From positions 513,353 to 577,352 of the forward strand of contig NMRA01000050.1 in assembly GCA_002633005.1 (NCBI GenBank): a DNA stretch of 64,000 bases, read 5' to 3'. The notes below the pieces were generated by a model. It searched no databases. It had not been told where the DNA came from and saw nothing but the letters and a program-made list of their open reading frames with translations. The DNA comes from Phoronis australis. Lineage: Eukaryota > Animalia > Phoronida. Shown here piece after piece: positions 1 to 12,500 of this stretch. Each line of letters starts with the position of its first letter. The stretch's first letter is position 1. Both the position numbers and the translations under genes were made by a program.

Positions 1-290
1 TCAGCAGGTCTCCTGTCAGCAAGTATAAAATGTATTACTTAACAGCTGGCTTTGAATTTTGATTTTATTTTGCTGTTTTTACTAATTTCAGCGTATCATA
101 GGCGTATGCGATTTAATATGGAAATATATCATAAAAAGGCCTCCAAACCTACTTACTTTGAGTTGTAAGGTGGTTCGTTTTTGCAAAATCCAAATGTGCT
201 GTTGAGTTGTGCATTTGTTTGCTATCATATGTGCATACTTGTGTCTCAATCACTCATCATAGATTTTGACATAATTTGTTTCATCCATAG

Positions 291-590
291 CCTATGACTG
301 TATTGAGTGGAACGAGTGGGTGAGCACTACCTACCCAACACCAGCCACCAAGGGAGACTATGAACCCTTCACGAAGGTGCTCGAACGGTCCCCACTTTGT
401 GCTGAGCCTATCCAGATTCAGTGCCGCAGTGCCGGTCCATTAAAGACGCCATATCAACACACTGGCCAGACAGTGCGTTGTAACTTATGGGAGGGACTGG
501 TATGCAACCACAAGGACCAGAAGGCCAACGACCCATTCTGCTACAACTATGAAGTCAGACTGGGTTGTCTCAAGAACACTTCTGAGTGTC
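291..590 (+). CDS. exon: mucin CysD / Mucin2_WxxW domain
   Basis: tcatccatag acceptor, gtaagt donor; YDCIEWNEWVS..GDYE..IQC..C..GLVC..DPFCYNYEVRLGC; phase 1-1. Confidence 0.92.
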
Positions 591-3500
591 GTAAGTCTTA
601 ATTGTCACATTGAACAGTTTGGGCTTGAGGGGTAACTAGTCTGCATAGTTGCTTAGAATTTTGCAAGTCTTGGGTGTCGCTTACACACAATATGCTTTTT
701 GAAACTGACAAGTGAAAGTGGATCTGTGTGAGCCGTGCTGTTATTCATACAACTGTCCCAGATGGTCTGTGTAATTAAATATGGCTTAACAAAGGGTTTA
801 TGGTCCTGGCTGAGAAGATAAATCTTTTATTATCCCCTATGAGTTTTAAATAGCCAAGCATGGAATAACAAGGGCATGTGGTAGGTCAGGTGTCAAAAGA
901 ACTAAGTCATGCTGAAGGCCTAGTTCAGGACGTCTCTTCACCTAATTTCATTCAAAACTATTGAAAAATTGACTGATTGCAGTGCACTCTCACTGGCAAT
1001 AGTACTGTCTACTGTGTGACCATGATTGCAGTGCACTCTTACTGGCAATAGTACTGTCTACTGTGTGACCATGATTGCAGTGCACTCTCACTGGCAATAG
1101 TACTGTCTACTGTGTGACCATGATTGCAGTGCACTCTCACTGGCAATAGTACTGTCTACTGTGTGACCATGTTCATTGATAATAGCATTAACTACTCCAC
1201 CACACTCGGCATTCACCTTCAAATGAAGTGTTAGACGTCTTAACCCTTATCCTGCTGAGCCTCTGTTCAGACTACTTTCCCTGTGTGCTGAGCTAACTAG
1301 GTCACCACTACTGCTGTACACTAAGCTATTGTGGAGGTCACCCAGACTAATGACCTAATAATTTTAAATTAGAAATTTGAAGGGGAAATATTAATTAAAC
1401 AGAAAAGAAGTCAATATAAAACTTGTGCAGAATTTAATGGAGATTTTCACCATGTGTAAGTCTTTATCATAACCTTGGTGAAAGTAAACTGATCCACTGT
1501 CATCCTATCCCATATGGCTCCAGCCATGTAATGAAACTGTGTCTACACTTACATAAACCTGCCAATATCTCCCAAACTATTAATCACAGCCATATGGTTT
1601 AAATTGGAGAACTGTAGAGGAAACTGTGAAGTATGGAATGCTGGGGGTCACATATCTAAACAACATTACAGGGCTCTTACAATTTCTGAATGAAAATCAC
1701 AAGTGTACTGGGGTGAGTGCACTCTCCTAGCACAGCCCAGCTGTAACTTATTATAGTCGATTGAGTACACCCAACGCATTTTAATAGTATAATTGGTATG
1801 TCGGCTGACCTCGCCTAGCGCAGGATAAGGGTTAAGAATTCTGGAATAATAATTGTGCATAGACTCGACGGTTCCTAATGAAACTGCACCGTGTTTTCAG
1901 CTTGGTTCTTCCTGCTGTTTTAAAATGTGATGAATACAGTTTGTCCTTCTTGATGTTGTTTATTGACCTAAGTGCCACCTTACCTATCTGTTACGTTTTT
2001 GACTTTGCAGTTGAGCCTTATTCAAAACCATCATCTATATCACCATCTCCAACACGGTCATCTATATCACCATCTCCAACACCGTCAACAACACCTACAA
2101 CGATAACTCCTTGCTTCAGTATCAAGGATGTCAGCAGCTGTCCCAAGGAGGGCTGTCCCCAGGGACAAGCTTGTGATGGCGTCAAGTGTGTTGACCGCTC
2201 TGAGTGCCCCTGCCTCATTGATGGCAAACTTGTGCGGGTAATTTAGCTGACTGTTTGTTGAAGATATCACCAGACATTCACTGTTCCTTGTCAAGTATAC
2301 TCTCATACTCAGACATTGACTGCTCCATGTCAAGTATACTCTCATACCCAGACATTGACTGCTCCTTTTCAAGTATACTCTCAGATCCAAACATTCACCG
2401 CTCCTCATACCATGTAGGATTCATTATTAATCTTTCACACTTATTCCTTCTAATGGTTTGATTTGGCACTTTGACGTTCCCTGTAGGCATAGTTTGTGGT
2501 TAATCCTTAAATTTGTCATGGCGAAATTATTTTCTTTAATCAAAACACGGTTTAGTGCATCTTTCAATTGAAAGTAAATTGCTCAAGCATTGCTACTGGT
2601 TGGTGCAGGTGTCATTTTGTTATTCATCACCAGCCATTTAAAGGTAGTTACAGTATTCATTTCACCAACTCAGTCATTGTCAATTCTTTATGAAGTAATG
2701 ACAGAGAAGCTTCACAAATGCATGTGTACTTGTACATGTAGAAGGAAATTCCATATTTTTCCATTTTTAACTTGTGCTTCACATTGTGCAGAGGGATAGG
2801 GTCGACTCTACTCTTATGTGAGCCTAGTACATGTCCTAGTAGACATGTATTTGGTAAAGTCTTTGTGTTTAGAGCAGGTACATTTACCTGTAACTAAACG
2901 CATGGACAACTTCACATATCTGTGCACGTTTATATATGAAACCTTTCAAGAATTTAAGAATTTTGAGCAAAGCTTAGTTGTTAACATTTGGCATTATCCA
3001 CGCTTGAAATTTTCTTTTTATCGGGTTCTATAAATTTGGCATGAAAGTCCTTGGCAACCAGCTCTGTACGTGACTGTGTAAATCATAGTTTGACGGAAAT
3101 GCCATCTTGTGTACATGTTCTAAACTGTATTCTTTCAGCCTGGTATGTTCTCCACCAATGATGAGTGTAAGACGTGCACCTGCTTCAATGGTAAACCACG
3201 ATGTCTCCCCAAAGTGTGCCCACGATGCAAGAATGTGAGTTGTTGTTTGTCACTATTTCTTCCACCTGCATAATGTGTTGCCTGTTGGGGATTTTATCAT
3301 AGTTACAAGCTGTCATTCTATACATTTATACTGTGGCCAGTAAGCAGGTCATTAATTGGTTTTGCGAAAAGTGTTAATTTTTCTTATACTTGTTCCTGTA
3401 TCTGTTTCTTGTTCCTGTAAGTGGTTTTTAAAATGTCATTTTGTTATAGAGTAATTATGATACTGAGAATTTATTAGAATAGTTTAAAGTTCTCTTCCTA

Positions 3501-6500
3501 TCTTATGTTTTGGTATTTCTCAATGTATATGAAACTTGGTAAATGGGACATATGCTTTGTAATTTCTGTTATTTGCAAAACATTCCAATGAATTTCAAAT
3601 GATCATGATGGCTGCTTCTTGCATAAGGTTCAAGTTACACCAGACCAGTATTGAGCCACTCAATGGACTCTAACACCAGCCTATTGCTTTTAGGGTGAGC
3701 GACAAGTGATCAGCAAGGAGAACTCATGCACGTGTGAGTGTATCTCATGTCCACCCGAGGAGTTCATGTGTGGTACAGGTGAATGCATACCCATGTCACT
3801 GCGATGCGACAACATCTTCGACTGTGATACAGATGAGGAAAACTGTTTGACAACAAGTAAGTGACTGTGTGAATTCATCCCGCGCACGTTTTTTGTTGGC
3901 ACATTTTGATAGTAAGATCTATGAACCATTGGTAGGTCTTATGTAGGAGCCCTGCCTTAAAAACCAGATGTCACATTTGAGTGTTATGATACATTTGAGC
4001 TTCAGGAAATCCAGCATTTACTGGGTACGGGTTTTGACTTCCCATTATCTAGTTACTGACTTAATGGAGATCCGTCGTCCCTGCCCTTCTGTCACAGAAG
4101 ACAGACATTATCAGATAACATTTCATTATTTAATAGTTAAGATAATATTGTACTTAACCGACAAGGCTACGTGTCCTAAGTGTTGCAAAGGTACATTCCA
4201 TCTACTAGCTCCCTTACTGTTCACTTATACATAACCATCCCAAGGTTGTGGCACCATCTTTGTCCACTCACACTCTGGTATTACTTGTTTGTACAGTTGA
4301 GCTTCTTCCTTAACTGGTTTTAAGCACCACACAGTTGAATGGAATGATGCTTCATGTGCTTTTGCATATTTCAGCTGGTTGTAGTTTTGCCATGCACTTA
4401 CGTAGCTTACTTCGCATTATCCGGTCGTGCACTTTGTACTTTGCACTCACATTTTCGCGAAACCCACGATGTTGGAACGCGGTATGAAGAAATCAAGATG
4501 CCGCATGTTTTTGAAAACGTTTCCGGGAAATTTTCGATTGTAAAACGCAAAAGGTAAAATAACATTATACAGCAATGTGTTAGTAATTTCAAGCTCTCCT
4601 GATGTTATGGTTTTCGAGAAGTGGTTTGGGTGAATCCCAGTTGAAGTCACTCATTACTTCATGCATTGTCGCTGATAACCCTTTCCTTTGTTTGTTGTTT
4701 CTATGGATACTGTCTTTCGTAAACTGATGTTATGTATTTATTAGCGTATTATCATTGAATATAATGTACTTAATTGTTGAATTGTAAAGACATTGTTTTT
4801 AATATTTAATAGGTTATTTAATACGTACAAGACAGTATCAAAGTTATTTGTAAGATCATTGAAAATCTCTGTTTCTTTCTGTCCTTCTTATTTGTCTTGG
4901 TTATCAGCTGGCATGTATGAGTTATAGTGACACCCAGTTAGAAACATTCTGCAGATATGGAGACGATATCTGCGTGAAAACCATCGTATCAGTAGCTTGC
5001 CATTTTAGAACACATTGCTCACATTTCTCTTACGTGTGATCCTCTTGTGTGTAGCTAGTTACTCTCTGTAACTCTTGGGTCACTAAGTGTGACATCCGAG
5101 CACAAACCATATTGGTGGTTGCTGAGGGTGTAGGTTGTGGTTCAATGATTTTGTTGTTTCCACAGCACATGCTGAAACTGTTCACAATTGTGTTTTCCAT
5201 CATGACTCATGGTTATGTGATTCTTGCTATCGAGCAAGAAATTCCACTTGCACTGCGTCATCATAACAGGGAATACAATTTGTGATGAGTGATGGTGATA
5301 GCATGCTATTTAATTGTCACATACCTTTTGACTGTTATTGTGTTTGACAAATACCCCAGTGCACTTCTTTTCATCCACCCTCAGAAAATGTGTGATTGAT
5401 ATCCTCAAAATTAATTTTATTTACTAAACGCTTAACATGTGCAATGGAAAATTGTGTTTTACAAGTTAGCTGCATAGAATGCCATATGGCATGAGAGCCC
5501 TCAATGTCAGTGACTGTCATATGGCATAAGAGCCCTCACTAGCACTGTTATATGGCGTAATAGCCCTCACTAGCACTGTTATATGGAGTAATAGCCCTCA
5601 CTAGCACTGTTATATGGAGTAATTGCCCTCACTAGCACTGTTATATGGAGTAATAGCCCTCACTAGCACTGTTATATGGCGTAATAGCCCTCACTAGCAC
5701 TGTTATATGATGTAATAGCCCTCACTAGCACTGTTATATGGAGTAATAGCCCTCACTAGCACTGTTATATGGAGTAAGAGTCCCCACTAGCACTGTCACG
5801 TTTGTCAAGCTAGAAGCCATCCATATGTTAAGTGTACACCCCATCATCTCCAGTCAGTATGTATAGCCTGCATATTTCTTTCAACACATCTAGCTACCAG
5901 GACACCCAACATGACTGTGACCGTACCCACCAAGGGTCCCACTATGTCTAGCTCAAGGACTCCACCATTGACTGGTAGCTCTATTACAACCATTCCTCCA
6001 ACACCGACACCAACAGTCAGCACCACTTACTGTACGTATCTATGGCCAAATCTGAGTTTTGTTCTGTAGCAGTTCAATTTTATAGTATTTCATCACTAAC
6101 ATTTGAAACTTTTCATTTGTTTATCCAGCAGACTTATTAATGACCTTCATAGCAGAAATACTGGAGAGTAATATGATTTGGTAGCAAATTGTCTTTAATG
6201 GACATATTAAATCATGGTTGATTTAATGAGCAATAAGTGAAAAAATGAAGACTGTTAATCAATACCTTCTGTCCAATGAAGAATATTCTTGCCACAAATA
6301 TGAATTCTAAGTAGCATCATTTTGTATTCACAGTTGGCTTGTACAGCTTGAAAGTATCCTGCCATAATATTCATTGATCTCAAACTACACTTGAAACAAA
6401 AAAAAAACAGTTGCAGGCAGTCTGATACACGTTGTACCAGATGTGCGCAGGCCTTGTATATGGACCCAGTGCACTAATCACCTGGAACTATTTTTATGCT

Positions 6501-9500
6501 TTATTAATATATGGTTAAAACTGAGCTGAGGAGCTAGAAACCTGACTCAAGGGTTTAGCAGTGTGACCTGGTGGAACTCGAACCCACGACCTCGAGTAAA
6601 GAAAGCGGGCACTTATCAACCAGGCCACACTGCCTCCTCACACTTGAAAGTATCCTGCCATGATATTCATTGATATCATATCAAACTACACTTGAAAGTA
6701 TCCTGCCATAAAATTCATTGATGTCAAACTACACTTGAAAGTATCTTACCATGATATTCATTGATATCATATCAAACTATAAGTATCCTGCCATACTATT
6801 CATTGATGTCAAACTATACTTTTTTCCCAACAGCATCACCAGTGAGTATTGATGACACCCAAACTGGTAAAACACCTGTTATCAGCACAATCACGCCTAC
6901 CACTGTGTCACCAACCAAACGGCCAGGTATGTTGACTCCTAATTACCATGTTCTTTGTTGTATCACTAAGCTTTCAACGGTTGAAAGGTTTTATATTTAT
7001 TTTAGTATTGAATGAAGTATGTTGTCCACAGTCTATACGCATTTGACTTCCTGGTGATAAGTACTCATTCTAAGCTAGTGCAGATTTGCGCCTTTTTCAG
7101 TTTGAATTATTTTTTATAATTTAGATTTTTTTTAGGAAGATTTGACTTTCTTTTGCAGATTGTGCCAATGTTACTTGCCCGACTGCAGTGACTCCCACTC
7201 TGAAGGAGGGGTATGTGATGAGGCAAATATGGACTGATGATGGATGTTGCCAGCAACTCATCTGGGAATGTAAACCAGAACAGTGCACAACCAAGGAGTT
7301 TAAGTGCGACGCACCAAAATCTGTTGTGAAAAGAAACAAGCAAGAGTGCTGTCCTACGTTTGAATGCTGTATGTTATTTTTTCTTACTAAATTCATTAGT
7401 AATGAGGAGCATGTAATGTAAAACAATGACGTTATTACTAACCTTGCTGTGTTTGATCTATGACCTGCTGTTATATGCAAGTGCAGTAGAGTTTTATTTG
7501 GCATAACTCAGGACGCTATGACAACCTGAATGGCTCACACACAGACATGTAATGTAATTCTATATTAGTTTGGAAAACTGGGTTTTGCTGAGTGAGAAGT
7601 GAGCTATTACTATAGTAGTAAACGCCCTTCAAGTGTACAGATATAGTATGTTAACTGCTCTGACAACTGTATGTGACTGACGAGTACAAGTTTTTGTTCT
7701 GTTAAATTTTCTGTTCTGTTTTCGTGACGTTCTCTCGTTGTGATTGCAGTGTGCCCGACATGTAAACCAGCCCCAGTGCCTGTCTGTCCGACAGGAATGT
7801 TGGCTGAGCGAGTTTTTGATGCATGCGGTTGTGAAGAGTACAAGGAATGTAAACCAGAGAGGAACACATGTTTCTACAACAGTACTTTCCTGGTCACAAA
7901 CAAGGGTGAAACTGTCAAACGTGTTGTGCCAGTACTACAACGCTACAAGGTGAGAAAGATTGTTTGAATACAGAAGGGCAGCCATGTTTATCGGGGGAAA
8001 CATGTAAACAATGTATTTGCAACAATAGCAGTCGAATCTTTGACAAATCATCAATCTCCCCACAATGTGCATGGTCAGAATACAATTTTTGGATTCAACG
8101 TAGGTGCGAATTCGAGTTACTCAATAATTCAGTGAGTTTTCTGTGTGATAAGGTGTTGGTGGATAAAGTATTGACTCAGAGGTGAATTGGAGCTAAAGCT
8201 ACATACAGTAAAACGACTCTGAGTAAATTCTAATGTTTGGTTTATTATAATTAGTTGATACTTTGTGAGATGTTTTTACCATACTTTTTCAGTGGATGAG
8301 TGATTATCTAGATTCATGTGCTTTTTGACTATTTCAGCCTGGAGATGTGTGGAATGATGGTAACTGCAGAGCATGCAAATGTGAGCTCAACAAGTTGGGT
8401 CTTGATGACCTTTATGAAAGCAAGTGTCTAGACACCACTTGTGCAGCAGTGACTGATGTGAGTAGCAATCCGGCGCCACCTTTTGTAGACACATGACAGC
8501 GTTTTCCCGTTCAGTGACTTTACCAGATGTAGGGGGATCTGAGCGTGTGATAACATCTAGCTTCTTTGTTAACTGCCAAGCACAGTCTTTTGTCTGTTAT
8601 GACAACAAGCAGGCCAATTCTACTAGGCTTATTACAGACCACGTGTGAACACAGTCAAGCTCAAAGTGAATTGGTGTATTCGGAAAGAATAGATTGTCGT
8701 AACTTCAGTTGGGTGATTTTGGCGATTCAAAAACTGATCACCATTTGACGAAGATTTCAGAAATACTGTTGGTTTATGTTCAAATATGTTATAACTTAAC
8801 TTTCATTCTTAACAGCACAGCCCAGTCAGGGTACATATGATTTTATTGGAGATTAGAACAATTATCGAACAAAAGAGAGCTGGCCCTCCAACCATGAATG
8901 CCAGACTGGAGTTAATCAGTCGTGTAAGATATTGGCTACAGGGGTAAACTTCCCAACTTGTTGTTGGGCTATAGAATCGAACAAGTTGGGAGCAATGGGA
9001 AAACGCCGTAATGGATTGGCTAGTTCTTGTTGGCCATTGTGTGATGTCAGGGGAACTAAATTATCTCTAAACAGGTACACTCTACGTGTTTTTGACCTTA
9101 ACCTATTGTATTGCATTGCAACAACATCTAGGAGAAATTCTATCCACTCCCTTTCCTAAAACTCCAGTGACTTTGGAAGAGACTGAAAATACAGTATTAC
9201 ACACAGTTATTTGAAAATTGTAAACCTATAATTAAAACATAGCCAAGGTGTGGCTGCAGAATGATGAATAACTACACTGTCTTGGACACTAAGTTGAAGA
9301 CTGGACACCAAGCTTTATTGTCCAGAATTATGGGCAGCTTGATGAGGTAAAAGGATCCTTATTTCAGAATGGAATCCTAAGTTGGTTGAGAATCAATTTA
9401 ATGAGAACTTGATATAATATTGCCATACTCAATGGGTGTTAACTGGAAGTTAACTACTGATTGAATCAACCATGCACAATGGATTTTAACTGCCAGTTAA

Positions 9501-12500
9501 CTATTAAAGTGTATACAATGGCTGCTAACTGGGAGAAAATGAATTGTAAACATACGATGGATTTTCTTGGTAATTTACTGTTAGCAGATACTTCTCAGAG
9601 TATATCTTTGCTATGGCTATGTACATTTGACTGTGTTGCTTCAGTCTAGCACCACGCTAGAATTCATGTCAGTGATTGCAGCCATGTTCTCTGTGATGTT
9701 TCCAGGACATGATTGAGTTGCCATACACGACCACAACCCAGTGCTGCAAACAAACCAGAAAGGTCAAATGTAAAGCAGTTATCAACAGCATTGAGAAGTT
9801 GATGAATGAAGGTGATGAGTGGTCCAACCCTAATAAGCCATGTGAGACGTACAAATGTGTCACCGGTCTTGACGGCAATGTTCAAATAGAGACGATCAGA
9901 CAAAACTGCAACCGAGTGTGTGAACCAGTGAGTAGAATGTCAACGCGATTGTGAAATGGAAAATCATTAGTATTGCTATGAAGGTTATGATCTTCACTAA
10001 CGTGGTTGTGATTGTTATTGTAACTAATGTTTCAACTTTTGTTAAGACTGGCTAGTTTTTGCCAGTTTATTAGTTACAAATGTGAGACACTGAAACAAAA
10101 CACTTTAGCAGTAATTGTTAACATAAAAGTCCTCTCAGTAAATAATGTTATGACCCTCTAGGCAAAGGAATGCATTTTTATCTTGTTTAAAAACGAAGCT
10201 ATCCCAAATGTACAGCAGAGTAAGGCCAAATTATAAGGTCATTCCAATTCTTCATATACATGGTTAGTTATTATTTTTGTTTTCTGCAAATCAGTCGTAA
10301 CCACAACGATAGGTGCTGTTCAAATTAACACAATGATAAGTGCTGTTAAAATTAACACAAAATTAACTGGCTAAAATCATTCGATAAGAATACTGAATAC
10401 TGTTCTCAATGATGAAGCTAAACAACCCGTGTTATAAAGTTCAGGGACATGTTCCAAGAAACTGGCTTACCGTAAGTTCCTTTTTGACTTAAGTCTAAGG
10501 TTTGTCTCAACTTCCAAACTTTGAAACTTCCACATCTGTTAAGTTAGTCAAAATTAAGTCAAAATTTTGGTAAAAAATAAGTCAAACTAAAATTTTTTAC
10601 ATGAAACAGGCTGGAGACAAATTCAAGTTTTATCTTAGAATTGACTGGAATTTAAGATTTGTCTTAGCTAAGTCAGTTTTCTTAGAACAGGACCCAGTGT
10701 GGCGAACATGGTCTTCTGATCATTCTGCTCCTGAATATAGTTCCATTCTCAAATACATGCGGTGTCCTTATGTGCAGGATTTTAGTGTATTCTGTTTCTT
10801 CCCAGGGTTCCCTATACAAAAATCCATCAGATGCCAGCACCTGCTGTGGTACCTGTGAACCCGTTGCCTGTGTCTTCGAAGGCAAGGTATATAGTGTTGG
10901 TGCTAGCATTCCTAGCAACAACACATGTATCCGTCTCAAGTGCGACAAGTTTTCATCTGGAGTAGGCATCACCCAAACTGATATACCATGCACACCACCA
11001 AAACGATTCTGCAAACCAGGGGAAAGTGAATTTTCCGACAAAGACTGCTGCAAGCAATGCATCCCGAGCTCGCCTGGTAATTTGTTGCCTCATTTTTCTA
11101 GAAACTAGCTACTGATAGAAATATGGTATCGCATTGTCAAACATTTTGACCATAAGAAGCTTAAAAGCTTGTGGTCAAAGTGATATGAGTGTTTTGTTTT
11201 TGATTATCTCTTGCTCATGCTAATGTAGATTATGACTCTTCCACTTGTTAATATTTGGCTTTGGGATTTTTTCTTCATTACACTTGTTTTTTATCTGGTT
11301 ACTGCTTCTTTGCAACTAAATGTTTCGTAGCTTTGATGAAAATTGTCAAGAAACTAACTGAAAATTTCTCCCACACTGTGAAAACAACTGGATCTTTTTA
11401 CTGAGCAGAATAGCAGCTGTACGATTTCTGCAAAAACTGCTATGCACTCTGCTGATGTTCTTAGACCATAACCTCCACAGAGCCTGCCATGAGTCAGATA
11501 ATGATAATTTGGCTCTTGTATTATAAGCGATTCTTGGCTTTCACTCACACTATGACACTGCCTTAAGAAGGTGAAATCTATATTTTTCCAGTTCTTCGTC
11601 TAATGACAGTCATCTAACTTTCAAACTTATTTTTAGTCTTTTACTCTCAAAGTCATTTTTTCCTTAATTAGCAAAAGGTGTAAATCATGGTTTACTTCTG
11701 TACATTTCTAGCACAATGTGTAGAGTGTGCTGCTAGGGATCCTAAGACGGACACTATTGGTTATTTCCAACTGACTGTGCCAGGAAAAGGAATTTGCCGC
11801 AACACCAAACCAGTTGCTGGTCTCAAAGTATGCCGAGGCTCCTGTGCCTCGAAGTCTCACTATTCTTTGGTCATGGCTGGCTTTGACAACCAGTGCAATT
11901 GCTGTCAGCCAGCTGCAGTGGAAACCAGGCAGGTGGAGCTGTTGTGCAAGAATGGTGAAACTGTTGTACGAAACCACACTATTCCTACAGCATGTGGCTG
12001 CGGACCTTGTAAGGCAGGTCTTCGGTAGATTCAGTCACTTAGGACTGCACCATGATGATGTCAACCAAGGAATTTGAACTGGACCATGCACTGTAATTCT
12101 TCTATAAAAATAGGCAGAGCCTGGTCAAAGATTACAGTTGATGCTATGGACTGCCGACTTCACACTGTTAGTTAAATGTGTAGTGTTTATATCTACATAT
12201 AGACAAATCTCACCATGTGTTCATATTTAACATTAACTGTTTTATGTTATATTCCCTTAGTACAATATATTTGGATGACGAAATAAACTTTTATTTTTGT
12301 ACGCTTTTTTTGCTAAAATGAACAGACTGAGGGTATATTATTCCAGAATTGTATACAAATATTTGTGATTCATATATATCTTTGATTTAATTTGCACCTG
12401 GTGTTCTTAATCTGCAGTTGTGTTCATGAATCTTTTGATAACATTGTGTCCTACTTTGGACGTCACTGACATGCTGCAGTAGGCTATATCTTTAATTGTT

